A DNA stretch of 64,000 nt, from assembly GCF_030384885.1 (NCBI RefSeq), contig NZ_CP128613.1; one strand, given 5' to 3'. Below, piece by piece: positions 1 through 9,569 of this stretch (the first letter of the stretch is position 1; each line of letters begins with the position of its first letter). The notes under the pieces were generated by a model. That model was not told the DNA's origin, made no database searches, and saw only the letters and a program-made list of their open reading frames with translations. This DNA is from Escherichia coli (GTDB taxonomy: Bacteria > Pseudomonadota > Gammaproteobacteria > Enterobacterales > Enterobacteriaceae). The translations under genes were made by a program, and so were the position numbers.

Positions 1-71
1 TAAAAAACATTCTGACAGAAGAAAATATTTTTCTTTATTAGCGGTAGTTTTATTTATTGCGTTTTCAGGAG
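1..71 (+). pseudogene. emrK: emrK 5' fragment (N-terminal membrane-anchor region), cut off by window edge and separated from the rest of the gene by IS2
   Basis: Frame reads ..KKHSDRRKYFSLLAVVLFIAFSG and is codon-continuous with the sequence after IS2 (AYAYWSLELEDMISTDDAYVTGN..) once the element and one copy of AGGAG are removed; matches EmrA/EmrK-type periplasmic adaptor N-terminus. Confidence 0.8.
67..71. repeat. IS2 target-site duplication copy 1 (AGGAG)
   Basis: Identical 5-mer directly abuts both IS2 ends (67..71 and 1403..1407). Confidence 0.8.
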
Positions 72-82
72 TGGATTTGCCC

Positions 83-988
83 CTATATTTCCAGACACCT
101 GTTATCACTTAACCCATTACTGGCCTGCTGCCGTAGATATTCCCGTGGCGAGCGATAACCCAGTGCACTATGCGGATGCCATTCGTTATAATGCTCGAAC
201 GCCTCTGCAAGGTTCTTTGCTGCCGTTAACCCGTCTGGTTTAGGCATGACACTGATGTAGTCACGCTTTATCGTTTTCACGAAGCTCTCTGCTATGCCGT
301 TACTCTCCGGACTCCGCACCGCCGTGTTCTTCGGTTCAAGCCCCAACATCCGGGCAAACTGCCGTGTTTCATTAGCCCGGTAGCATGAACCATTATCCGT
401 CAGCCACTCTACTGGAGACGCCGGAAGCTCGTTGCCGAAGCGGCGTTCAACCGCTCCCAGCATGACGTCCTGTACTGTTTCACTGTCGAAGCCGCCCGTA
501 GTGACCGCCCAGTACAGTGCCTCACGGTCACAGCAGTCCAGCGCGAACGTGACTCGCAGTTTTTCTCCGTTATCACAGCGGAACTCGAACCCGTCAGAGC
601 ACCATCGTTGATTGCTTTCTTTCACGGCCACTTTGCCAGTATGTGCCCGCTTCGATGGCGGTACAGCGGTTTTTCGCTCAAGCAACAGCGCATTCTGGCG
701 CATGATCCGGTAAACACGTTTGGCATTGATCGCAGGCATACCATCAAGTTCGGCCTGTCTGCGAAGCAGCGCCCATACCCGACGATAACCATACGTGGGC
801 AGCTCTCCGATAACATGGTGTATACGGAGAAGTACATCCATATCATCTGAGTGACGGCTGCGGCGACCATCTTTCCAGTCATCGGTTCGTCTGAGAATGA
901 CGTGCAACTGCGCACGCGACACCCGGAGACAACGGCTGACTAAGCTTACTCCCCATCCCCGGGCAATAAGGGCGCGTGCGCTATCCAC
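83..988 (-). CDS. insD: IS2 transposase OrfB (InsD), DDE integrase-like
   Basis: 301-aa ORF; sequence recalled as IS2 InsD (IS3 family). Confidence 0.9.
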
Positions 989-1311
989 TTTTTTGCACGC
1001 CCATATTCAACGGCTTCTTTAAGGAGTTCATTTTCCATCGTTTTTTTGCCGAGCAGGCGCTGGAGTTCTTTAATCTGCTTCATGGCAGCAGCAAGTTCAG
1101 AGGCAGGAACGACCTGTTCTCCTGCGGCCACAGCAGTAAGACTTCCCTCCTGGTATTGCTTGCGCCAGAGAAATAGCTGGCTGGCTGCCACACCGTGTTG
1201 CCGGGCAACAAGGGAGACCGTCATTCCCGGTTCAAAACTCTGCTGAACAATAGCGATCTTTTCCTGTGTAGTACGCCGTCTGCGTTTCTCCGGTCCTAAG
1301 ACATCAATCAT
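946..1311 (-). CDS. insC: IS2 OrfA (InsC), HTH regulator/transposase N-terminal part
   Basis: 121 aa from [24 protein letters not shown]..; overlaps insD as expected for frameshift-type IS3 family. Confidence 0.85.
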
Positions 1312-1402
1312 CTGCTCTCCAATGACTAGTCTAAAAACTAGTATTAAGACTATCACTTATTTAAGTGATATTGGTTGTCTGGAGATTCAGGGGGCCAGTC
1401 TA

Positions 1403-1407
1403 AGGAG
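1403..1407. repeat. IS2 target-site duplication copy 2 (AGGAG)
   Basis: Direct repeat of 67..71. Confidence 0.8.
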
Positions 1408-2480
1408 CCTATGCCTATTGGTCACTAGAATTAGAAGACATGATCAGTACAGATGACGCCTATGTTACGGGGAATGCTGATCCAATTTCTGCACAAGTCT
1501 CAGGCAGTGTCACTGTCGTTAATCATAAAGATACGAACTTTGTTCGACAGGGCGACATTTTAGTTTCACTGGATAAAACTGATGCTACGATTGCACTCAA
1601 TAAAGCTAAAAATAATCTGGCAAATATTGTGCGACAAACGAATAAACTATACTTACAGGATAAACAATACAGTGCCGAAGTCGCTTCAGCACGTATCCAG
1701 TATCAACAATCTTTAGAAGATTATAATCGTCGTGTGCCGCTAGCAAAGCAGGGGGTTATTTCAAAAGAAACGCTGGAGCACACCAAAGATACGTTAATAA
1801 GTAGCAAAGCGGCATTGAATGCAGCTATTCAGGCTTATAAAGCGAACAAAGCCTTAGTAATGAACACACCATTAAATCGCCAGCCACAAGTTGTTGAAGC
1901 TGCGGATGCAACCAAAGAAGCCTGGTTAGCGCTTAAGCGTACGGATATTAAGAGTCCGGTTACTGGTTATATTGCCCAGCGAAGTGTGCAGGTTGGCGAA
2001 ACAGTGAGTCCTGGACAATCGTTAATGGCTGTCGTACCGGCACGTCAAATGTGGGTTAATGCCAACTTTAAAGAAACACAACTCACGGATGTACGGATTG
2101 GTCAATCGGTTAATATAATCAGCGATCTTTATGGTGAAAATGTTGTGTTTCATGGTCGGGTGACAGGGATCAATATGGGAACCGGCAATGCGTTCTCCTT
2201 ATTACCTGCACAAAATGCGACGGGGAACTGGATCAAAATCGTTCAGCGTGTACCTGTTGAGGTGTCTCTGGATCCAAAAGAACTCATGGAACATCCCTTG
2301 CGCATTGGTTTATCGATGACTGCAACCATTGATACCAGGAACGAAGACATTGCCGATATGCCTGATCTGGCTTCATCCGTGACGTCCATGCCTGCTTACA
2401 CCAGTAAGGCCTTAGTTATCGATACCAGTCCGATAGAAAAAGAGATTAACAACATTATTTCTCATAATGGACAACTTTAA
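1403..2480 (+). pseudogene. emrK: emrK 3' portion (EmrA-family membrane fusion protein), separated from its promoter and first ~35 codons by IS2
   Basis: ORF track 1440..2480 (346 aa) is EmrA/EmrK-like; frame is open back to the IS2 junction at 1403. Confidence 0.85.
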
Positions 2481-4018
2481 TGGCAATCACTAAATCAACT
2501 CCGGCACCATTAACCGGTGGGACGTTATGGTGCGTCACTATTGCGTTGTCATTAGCGACGTTTATGCAAATGTTGGACTCCACTATTTCTAACGTCGCAA
2601 TACCCACAATATCTGGCTTTCTCGGAGCATCAACGGACGAAGGCACATGGGTTATCACATCGTTTGGCGTAGCAAATGCCATTGCGATCCCTGTTACCGG
2701 CAGGCTGGCACAAAGAATAGGCGAATTAAGGTTATTTTTACTATCAGTAACCTTCTTTTCGCTGTCTTCATTAATGTGTAGTCTTTCGACTAATCTTGAT
2801 GTTCTTATATTTTTTAGAGTCGTCCAGGGATTAATGGCGGGGCCGTTAATTCCATTGTCACAGAGTTTATTATTAAGGAATTATCCGCCAGAAAAAAGAA
2901 CATTTGCTTTGGCGTTATGGTCAATGACCGTAATTATCGCTCCGATTTGTGGGCCGATATTGGGTGGCTATATTTGTGATAACTTTAGTTGGGGATGGAT
3001 ATTTTTAATCAATGTCCCTATGGGGATTATCGTCCTGACATTATGTTTAACTTTACTTAAAGGAAGAGAAACTGAAACTTCACCGGTCAAAATGAATTTA
3101 CCAGGGTTGACCCTGTTAGTGCTCGGTGTTGGTGGCTTGCAAATTATGCTTGATAAAGGGCGCGATCTGGATTGGTTCAACTCGAGTACAATAATAATAT
3201 TAACAGTAGTATCAGCTATTTCTCTGATCTCTTTAGTCATTTGGGAGTCGACCTCAGAGAACCCGATTCTTGACCTCAGTTTGTTTAAGTCCCGTAATTT
3301 CACCATTGGTATTGTGAGTATCACCTGCGCGTATTTATTTTACTCTGGAGCGATAGTACTTATGCCGCAGTTACTCCAGGAAACGATGGGGTATAATGCG
3401 ATATGGGCCGGACTTGCTTATGCGCCCATCGGCATCATGCCACTATTGATTTCGCCTTTGATAGGACGTTATGGCAACAAAATAGACATGCGGGTGTTAG
3501 TGACATTTAGTTTTTTGATGTATGCGGTTTGCTATTACTGGCGTTCTGTGACATTTATGCCAACGATTGATTTCACAGGCATCATTTTGCCACAGTTTTT
3601 CCAGGGATTCGCCGTTGCCTGTTTCTTTTTACCCTTAACAACGATTTCGTTTTCAGGGTTGCCAGATAATAAATTTGCCAATGCCTCGAGTATGAGTAAT
3701 TTTTTTCGTACCCTGTCAGGATCAGTTGGTACGTCGTTGACAATGACGTTGTGGGGACGACGCGAATCGTTACACCATAGTCAGTTGACAGCAACCATCG
3801 ATCAATTTAACCCCGTGTTTAATTCATCATCACAAATTATGGATAAATACTATGGTTCGCTTTCAGAGGTTCTTAATGAAATTAATAATGAAATAACTCA
3901 GCAGTCACTTTCAATTTCTGCAAATGAGATTTTCCGTATGGCGGCTATTGCTTTTATCTTACTTACGGTATTGGTTTGGTTTGCGAAACCGCCGTTTACA
4001 GCGAAAGGTGTTGGGTGA
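2480..4018 (+). CDS. emrY: MFS multidrug efflux transporter EmrY (EmrB paralogue)
   Basis: 512-aa 14-TM MFS protein; start overlaps emrK stop (TAATG). Confidence 0.93.
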   Translation: MAITKSTPAPLTGGTLWCVTIALSLATFMQMLDSTISNVAIPTISGFLGASTDEGTWVITSFGVANAIAIPVTGRLAQRIGELRLFLLSVTFFSLSSLMCSLSTNLDVLIFFRVVQGLMAGPLIPLSQSLLLRNYPPEKRTFALALWSMTVIIAPICGPILGGYICDNFSWGWIFLINVPMGIIVLTLCLTLLKGRETETSPVKMNLPGLTLLVLGVGGLQIMLDKGRDLDWFNSSTIIILTVVSAISLISLVIWESTSENPILDLSLFKSRNFTIGIVSITCAYLFYSGAIVLMPQLLQETMGYNAIWAGLAYAPIGIMPLLISPLIGRYGNKIDMRVLVTFSFLMYAVCYYWRSVTFMPTIDFTGIILPQFFQGFAVACFFLPLTTISFSGLPDNKFANASSMSNFFRTLSGSVGTSLTMTLWGRRESLHHSQLTATIDQFNPVFNSSSQIMDKYYGSLSEVLNEINNEITQQSLSISANEIFRMAAIAFILLTVLVWFAKPPFTAKGVG

Positions 4019-4097
4019 TGGTAAAAAGAGGAGGCTAGAGCAGGCAAGTCCGCGGAATTTTGAACCTGTACCATCATTTTATATGGATATTATCAGG

Positions 4098-4134
4098 CAG
4101 CATCGCTCACCCAGGGAAAGGATGGCGATGCTGC
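4098..4134. terminator. 10-bp inverted repeat (GCAGCATCGC..GCGATGCTGC) between convergent emrY and dsdA
   Basis: Stem-loop seen in sequence; no clear U-run, so terminator function is uncertain. Confidence 0.3.
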
Positions 4135-4146
4135 GGTGAAACGTTA

Positions 4147-5475
4147 TTAACGGCCTTTAGCCAGATATTGCTTCATCTCTTCTTCCGGCACCATTCCACC
4201 TCCTGTCGCCCACACCAGATGAGTGGCATTACGCAGTTGTTCTGTGCTGAAACCTTGCATCTGTTGGTAAATTACTGATGCGCACACGCGCTGAGGCCCG
4301 GCCATACCCGCCAGTGCTGAAGGCTCAAGACGAATGTCTTCTTCCTGCGCCAGCCAGCCAAGCATGTCATACATGGTTTGATCGCTAAGGGTATAGAAGC
4401 CATCCAGCAGACGCTCCATTGCCCGCCCGACAAAGCCTGATGCGCGACCAACTGCAAGGCCATCCGCGGCGGTAAGGTTGTCGATACCAATATCCTGAAC
4501 AGAAATCTGATCGTGTAATCCAGTATGGACGCCTAACAGCATACAAGGGGAGTGCGTGGGTTCGGCAAAAAAGCAGTGAACATGATCGCCAAACGCCAGT
4601 TTAAGCCCGAATGCGACGCCACCAGGACCACCGCCAACGCCACACGGCAGATAGACAAACAGAGGGTTATCAGCATCGACAATACGACCTTGCTCGGCAA
4701 ATTGCGCTTTAAGACGCTGGCCTGCGACGGAATACCCAAGGAACAACGTGCGGGAATTCTCGTCATCAATAAAGAAACAGTTCGGGTCAGACTGCGCTGC
4801 TTTACGTCCTTCCTCGACGGCAACCCCATAATCTTGCTCATATTCCACGACCGTAACGCCATGGCTGCGCAGTTTCGCTTTTTTCCATGCCCGGGCATCA
4901 GCAGACATATGTACTGTCACCTTAAAGCCAATGCGGGCGCTCATAATACCGATTGATAACCCCAGATTTCCGGTTGAGCCCACAGCAATGCTGTATTGGC
5001 TAAAGAACTGCTTAAACTCCGGAGAAAGCAGTTTGCTGTAGTCATCTTCAAGCGTCAGCAACCCTGCTTCCAGAGCCAGTTTTTCTGCATGTGCCAGGAC
5101 TTCATAAATCCCGCCGCGTGCTTTTATGGAGCCGGAAATAGGCAAATGGCTATCTTTTTTCAGTAACAGTTGCCCGCTGATCGGTTGCTGATATTCCTTT
5201 TCCAGCCGTTTTTGCATAGCCGGAATGGCAACCAGTTCTGATTCAATAATCCCTCCAGAGGCAGCCGTTTCAGGAAATGCTTTTGCCAGATAGGGGGCAA
5301 AACGAGATAAGCGCGCATGGGCGTCCTGAACATCCTGTTCGGTCAGGCCAACATAAGGTAAACCTTCAGCCAATGAGGTCGTGCCAGGATTGAACCAGGT
5401 GGTTTCTTTAAGAGCAACCAGATCCTTTACCAACGGATACTGGGCGATGAGCGAGTTCATTTTAGCGTTTTCCAT
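4147..5475 (-). CDS. dsdA: D-serine ammonia-lyase (D-serine dehydratase), PLP-dependent
   Basis: 442-aa ORF recognised as DsdA. Confidence 0.95.
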   Translation of the reverse strand: MENAKMNSLIAQYPLVKDLVALKETTWFNPGTTSLAEGLPYVGLTEQDVQDAHARLSRFAPYLAKAFPETAASGGIIESELVAIPAMQKRLEKEYQQPISGQLLLKKDSHLPISGSIKARGGIYEVLAHAEKLALEAGLLTLEDDYSKLLSPEFKQFFSQYSIAVGSTGNLGLSIGIMSARIGFKVTVHMSADARAWKKAKLRSHGVTVVEYEQDYGVAVEEGRKAAQSDPNCFFIDDENSRTLFLGYSVAGQRLKAQFAEQGRIVDADNPLFVYLPCGVGGGPGGVAFGLKLAFGDHVHCFFAEPTHSPCMLLGVHTGLHDQISVQDIGIDNLTAADGLAVGRASGFVGRAMERLLDGFYTLSDQTMYDMLGWLAQEEDIRLEPSALAGMAGPQRVCASVIYQQMQGFSTEQLRNATHLVWATGGGMVPEEEMKQYLAKGR

Positions 5476-5675
5476 AGTATGTCTCTTTGCGCTTCGATGA
5501 TAAATGACAGCAGGAATGTGCCCGCCAGAGCGACGACTGAAGCGATAAATGTCGCTGTCGTATAGTATTTATATGTTTCACTGAGCGTAGCGCCGCAAAA
5601 TTGTTTCATCAGCCAGAAAAACGAGTCCGTAACGATCGTGCAGCCAATCGCAATAATTTCCGGGCTGATGTCTGG
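5457..5675 (-). pseudogene. dsdX: 3' remnant of dsdX (GntP-family D-serine transporter), about 72 codons
   Basis: Minus-strand frame translates ..[45 protein letters not shown].., typical GntP-family C-terminus; the frame is closed by stops upstream of about 5675; exact 3' end and overlap with dsdA start uncertain. Confidence 0.55.
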
Positions 5676-5931
5676 TTACAGCCACAGCACAATGATCCAT
5701 ATTTATATTTTTTCTCCGGGTGGGTGATGCCAGTCGGCATGTTTTACCTACTTGTCTGCATGGTGACTCGTTGGCGAGAACAGAGGCGGAATTGGTTACA
5801 ATTGTCCGGGAATTCTTGTTATTTTTTACTGTATTGTCGTGTCGGGTGATAGGACGTTAAGAATATCGCTGGATCTCGCCAGTGACGTCTGTTTCTGCTA
5901 CAGTGCCCGTTTTACGGCAAACGGCTTGGGT

Positions 5932-6927
5932 ATGGCTTCATTAAAGGATGTCGCACGCCTGGCGGGAGTGTCGATGATGACTGTCTCCCGGGTGATGCAT
6001 AATGCAGAATCTGTGCGTCCTGCAACGCGTGACCGCGTATTGCAGGCAATCCAAACCCTGAATTATGTTCCTGATCTTTCCGCTCGTAAGATGCGCGCTC
6101 AGGGACGTAAGCCGTCGACTCTCGCCGTGCTGGCGCAGGATACTGCTACCACTCCTTTCTCTGTTGATATTCTGCTTGCCATTGAACAAACCGCCAGCGA
6201 GTTTGGCTGGAATAGTTTTTTAATCAATATTTTTTCTGAAGATGACGCTGCCCGCGCGGCACGTCAGCTGCTTGCCCTCCGTCCGGATGGCATTATCTAT
6301 ACTACAATGGGACTGAGGCATATCACGCTGCCTGAGTCTCTGCATGGTGAAAATATTGTATTGGCGAACTGTGTGGCGGATGACCCAGCGTTACCCAGTT
6401 ATATCCCTGATGATTACACTGCCCAATATGAAGCAACACAGCATTTGCTCGCGGCGGGCTATCGTCAACCGTTATGCTTCTGGCTACCGGAAGGTGCGTT
6501 GGCAACAGGGTATCGTCGGCAGGGATTTGAGCAGGCCTGGCGTGATGCTGGACGAGATCTGGCTGAGGTGAAACAATTTCACATGGCCATAGGTGATGAT
6601 CACTACACCGATCTCGCAAGTATACTCAATGCCCACTTCCAGTCTGTAAAACCAGATTTTGATGTTCTGATTTGTGGTAACGATCGCGCAGCCTTTGTTG
6701 CTTATCAGGTTCTTCTGGCGAAGGGGGTACGTATCCCGCAGGATGTCGCCGTAATGGGCTTTGATAATCTGGTTGGCGTCGGGCATCTGTTTTTACCGCC
6801 GCTGACCACAATTCAGCTTCCACATGACATTATCGGGCGGGAAGCTGCATTGCATATTATTGAAGGTCGTGAAGGGGGAAGGGTAACGCAGATCCCTTGC
6901 CCGCTGTTGATCCGTTGTTCCACCTGA
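5932..6927 (+). CDS. cscR: LacI-family repressor of sucrose genes, CscR
   Basis: 331 aa from MASLKDVARLAGVSMMTVSRV (HTH) with periplasmic-binding-fold body; the ORF-track start at 5839 is probably an upstream extension. Confidence 0.9.
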   Translation: MASLKDVARLAGVSMMTVSRVMHNAESVRPATRDRVLQAIQTLNYVPDLSARKMRAQGRKPSTLAVLAQDTATTPFSVDILLAIEQTASEFGWNSFLINIFSEDDAARAARQLLALRPDGIIYTTMGLRHITLPESLHGENIVLANCVADDPALPSYIPDDYTAQYEATQHLLAAGYRQPLCFWLPEGALATGYRRQGFEQAWRDAGRDLAEVKQFHMAIGDDHYTDLASILNAHFQSVKPDFDVLICGNDRAAFVAYQVLLAKGVRIPQDVAVMGFDNLVGVGHLFLPPLTTIQLPHDIIGREAALHIIEGREGGRVTQIPCPLLIRCST

Positions 6928-6934
6928 TATTATG

Positions 6935-8368
6935 TTACCCCAGTTGCCAGAGTGCTCCATGTTGCAGCACGCCCACTCCGTGGGCGGCATAGAGCGACAG
7001 TTCCCGTTCTTCTGGCTGCGGATAGATTCGGCTACTCATCACAGCTTCCCCGTCGTTAATAAATACTTCCACGGATGATGTATCGATAAATATCCTTAGG
7101 GCGAGCGTGTCACGCTGCGGGAGGGGAATACTACGGTAACCATCTAAATTCTCGTGTGGGTAATACCGCCACAAAACAAGTCGCTCAGATTGGTTATCAA
7201 TATACAGCCGCATTCCCGTGCCGAGCTGTAATCCGTAATGTTCGGCATCGCTGTTCTTCAGAGCCCACTGCAACTGAATCTCAACCGCTTGCGCGTTTTC
7301 CTGCAAAACATATTTGTTGCTGATTGTGTGGGGAGAGATTGATTGATGCTGCTGGCGTAACGACTCAGCTTCGTGTACCGGGCGTTGTAGGAGTTTGCCA
7401 TTGCTCTCAGATAGCTCGCGCGCCAGCGTCATGCAGCCTGCCCAGCCTTCACGTTTTGAGGGCATTGGCGATTCCCACATATCCATCCAGCCGATAACAA
7501 TACGCCGACCATCCTTCGCTAAAAAGCTTTGTGGTGCATAAAAGTCATGCCCATAATCAAGTTCAGTAAAATGCCCGGATTGTGCAAAAAGTCGTCCTGG
7601 CGACCATATTCCGGGTATTACACCACTTTGAAAGCGATTTCGATAATTGTATCCCTCGGCATTCATTCCCTGCGGGGAAAACATCAGATAATGTTGATCG
7701 CCAAGGCTGAAAAAGTCCGGACATTCCCACATATAGCTTTCACCCGCATCAGCGTGGGCCAGTACGCGATCGAAAGTCCATTCACGCAATGAACTACCGC
7801 GATAAAGCAGGATCTGTCCCGTGTTGCCTGGGTCTTTCGCCCCGACTACCATCCACCAGGTGTCGGCTTCACGCCACACTTTAGGATCGCGGAAGTGCAT
7901 GATTCCTTCTGGTGGAGTGAGGATCACACCTTGTTTCTCGAAATGAATACCATCCCGGCTGGTAGCCAGACATTGTACTTCACGAATTGCATCGTCATTA
8001 CCTGCACCATCGAGCCAGACGTGGCCGGTGTAGATAAGTGAGAGGACACCATTGTCATCAACAGCACTACCTGAAAAACACCCGTCTTTGTCATTCTCGT
8101 CTCCTGGCGCTAGCGCAATAGGCTCGTGCTGCCAGTGGATCATATCGTCGCTGGTGGCATGTCCCCAGTGCATTGGCCCCCAGTGTTCGCTCATCGGGTG
8201 ATGCTGATAAAACGCGTGATAACGATTGTTAAACCAGATCAGGCCGTTTGGATCGTTCATCCACCCGGCTGGAGGCGCGAGGTGAAAATGGGGATAAAAA
8301 GTATTCCCCCGGCGCTCGTGAAGTTTTGCTAGTGCGTTTTGCGCCGCATGCAATCGAGATTGCGTCAT
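6935..8368 (-). CDS. cscA: Sucrose-6-phosphate hydrolase / invertase (GH32), CscA
   Basis: GH32 motifs WMNDPNG, FRDP, EC present; start taken at MTQSRLHAAQ (477 aa). Confidence 0.92.
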   Translation of the reverse strand: MTQSRLHAAQNALAKLHERRGNTFYPHFHLAPPAGWMNDPNGLIWFNNRYHAFYQHHPMSEHWGPMHWGHATSDDMIHWQHEPIALAPGDENDKDGCFSGSAVDDNGVLSLIYTGHVWLDGAGNDDAIREVQCLATSRDGIHFEKQGVILTPPEGIMHFRDPKVWREADTWWMVVGAKDPGNTGQILLYRGSSLREWTFDRVLAHADAGESYMWECPDFFSLGDQHYLMFSPQGMNAEGYNYRNRFQSGVIPGIWSPGRLFAQSGHFTELDYGHDFYAPQSFLAKDGRRIVIGWMDMWESPMPSKREGWAGCMTLARELSESNGKLLQRPVHEAESLRQQHQSISPHTISNKYVLQENAQAVEIQLQWALKNSDAEHYGLQLGTGMRLYIDNQSERLVLWRYYPHENLDGYRSIPLPQRDTLALRIFIDTSSVEVFINDGEAVMSSRIYPQPEERELSLYAAHGVGVLQHGALWQLG

Positions 8369-8402
8369 TTTAATCATCCTGGTTAAGCAAATTTGGTGAA
8401 TT

Positions 8403-8414
8403 GTTAACGTTAAC
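8403..8414. promoter_or_regulatory. Palindrome GTTAACGTTAAC, copy 1 (candidate LacI-family/CscR operator)
   Basis: Perfect 12-bp palindrome with central CG in cscA-cscK divergent region. Confidence 0.4.
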
Positions 8415-8447
8415 TTTTATAAAAATAAAGCCCCTTATCTTTATAAA

Positions 8448-8463
8448 TGTGATTAATATCACA
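8448..8463. promoter_or_regulatory. CRP (cAMP receptor protein) binding site TGTGATTAATATCACA
   Basis: Perfect match to both CRP half-sites TGTGA-N6-TCACA. Confidence 0.55.
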
Positions 8464-8466
8464 AAT

Positions 8467-8478
8467 GTTAACGTTAAC
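8467..8478. promoter_or_regulatory. Palindrome GTTAACGTTAAC, copy 2 (candidate CscR operator)
   Basis: Second identical 12-bp palindrome 64 bp from the first. Confidence 0.4.
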
Positions 8479-8583
8479 TATGACGTTTTGTGATCGAATG
8501 TGCATGTTTTAGTAAATCCATGACGATTTTGCGAAAAAGAGGTTTATCACTATGCGTAAGTCAGATGAATTTGAGGGAAAAAA

Positions 8584-9498
8584 ATGTCAGCCAAAGTATG
8601 GGTTTTAGGGGATGCGGTTGTCGATCTCTTGCCTGAATCAGACGGGCGCCTACTGCCTTGTCCTGGCGGCGCGCCAGCTAACGTTGCGGTGGGAATCGCC
8701 AGATTAGGCGGAATAAGTGGGTTTATAGGCCGGGTGGGTGATGATCCTTTTGGCGCGTTAATGCAAAGAACGCTGCTAACGGAGGGAGTCGATATCACGT
8801 ATCTGAAGCAGGATGAATGGCACCGAACATCCACGGTGCTTGTCGATCTGAACGATCAGGGGGAACGTTCATTTACGTTTATGGTCCGCCCTAGTGCCGA
8901 TCTTTTTTTAGAGACGACTGACTTGCCCTTCTGGCGACATGGCGAATGGTTACATCTCTGTTCTATTGCGTTGTCTGCTGAACCTTCGCGTACCAGCGCA
9001 TTTACTGCGATGACGGCGATCCGGCATGCCGGAGGTTTTGTCAGCTTCGATCCCAATATTCGTGAAGATCTGTGGCAAGACGAGCATTTGCTCCGCTTGT
9101 GTTTGCGACAGGCGCTACAACTGGCGGATGTCGTCAAGCTCTCGGAAGAAGAATGGCGACTTATCAGCGGAAAAACACAGAACGATCGGGATATATGTGC
9201 TCTGGCAAAAGAGTATGAGATCGCCATGCTGTTGGTGACTAAAGGTGCAGAAGGGGTGGTGGTCTGTTATCGAGGACAAGTTCACCATTTTGCTGGAATG
9301 TCTGTGAATTGTGTCGATAGCACGGGGGCGGGAGATGCGTTCGTTGCCGGGTTACTCACAGGTCTTTCCTCTACGGGATTAGAGACCGATGAGAGAGAAA
9401 TGCGACGAATTATCGATCTCGCTCAACGTTGCGGAGCGCTTGCAGTAACGGCGAAAGGGGCAATGACAGCGCTGCCATGTCGACAAGATCTGGAATAG
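8584..9498 (+). CDS. cscK: Fructokinase (PfkB/ribokinase family), CscK
   Basis: 304-aa sugar-kinase ORF with GAGD motif region. Confidence 0.9.
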   Translation: MSAKVWVLGDAVVDLLPESDGRLLPCPGGAPANVAVGIARLGGISGFIGRVGDDPFGALMQRTLLTEGVDITYLKQDEWHRTSTVLVDLNDQGERSFTFMVRPSADLFLETTDLPFWRHGEWLHLCSIALSAEPSRTSAFTAMTAIRHAGGFVSFDPNIREDLWQDEHLLRLCLRQALQLADVVKLSEEEWRLISGKTQNDRDICALAKEYEIAMLLVTKGAEGVVVCYRGQVHHFAGMSVNCVDSTGAGDAFVAGLLTGLSSTGLETDEREMRRIIDLAQRCGALAVTAKGAMTALPCRQDLE

Positions 9499-9569
9499 TG
9501 AGAAATAAACGGCGAGGCCGTTCTTGTCTCTGAATAGGACGTGAATATTTTAACGACAGGCAGGTAATT

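Larger units (their letters stand above)
72..1402 (-). mobile_element. IS2: IS2 insertion sequence, complete 1331 bp
   Basis: Ends TGGATTTGCCCCTATATTTCCAGACACC (72..) and ..GGAGATTCAGGGGGCCAGTCTA (..1402) are imperfect inverted repeats typical of IS2; encodes InsC and InsD. Confidence 0.95.

Noticed and set aside
5476-5700. Search for a direct repeat of the argW 3' end (attL/attR-like) at the dsdA-side boundary of the csc island
   Set aside because: No copy of the CCTGCAGGGGACACCA-type sequence found other than argW itself; the island boundary appears to be a deletion/replacement junction rather than a clean site-specific integration.
5601-5849. 82-aa plus-strand ORF in the dsdA-cscR intergenic region
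   Set aside because: Overlaps the dsdX remnant on the opposite strand and AT-rich promoter DNA; no convincing RBS, and translation looks like low-complexity junk.
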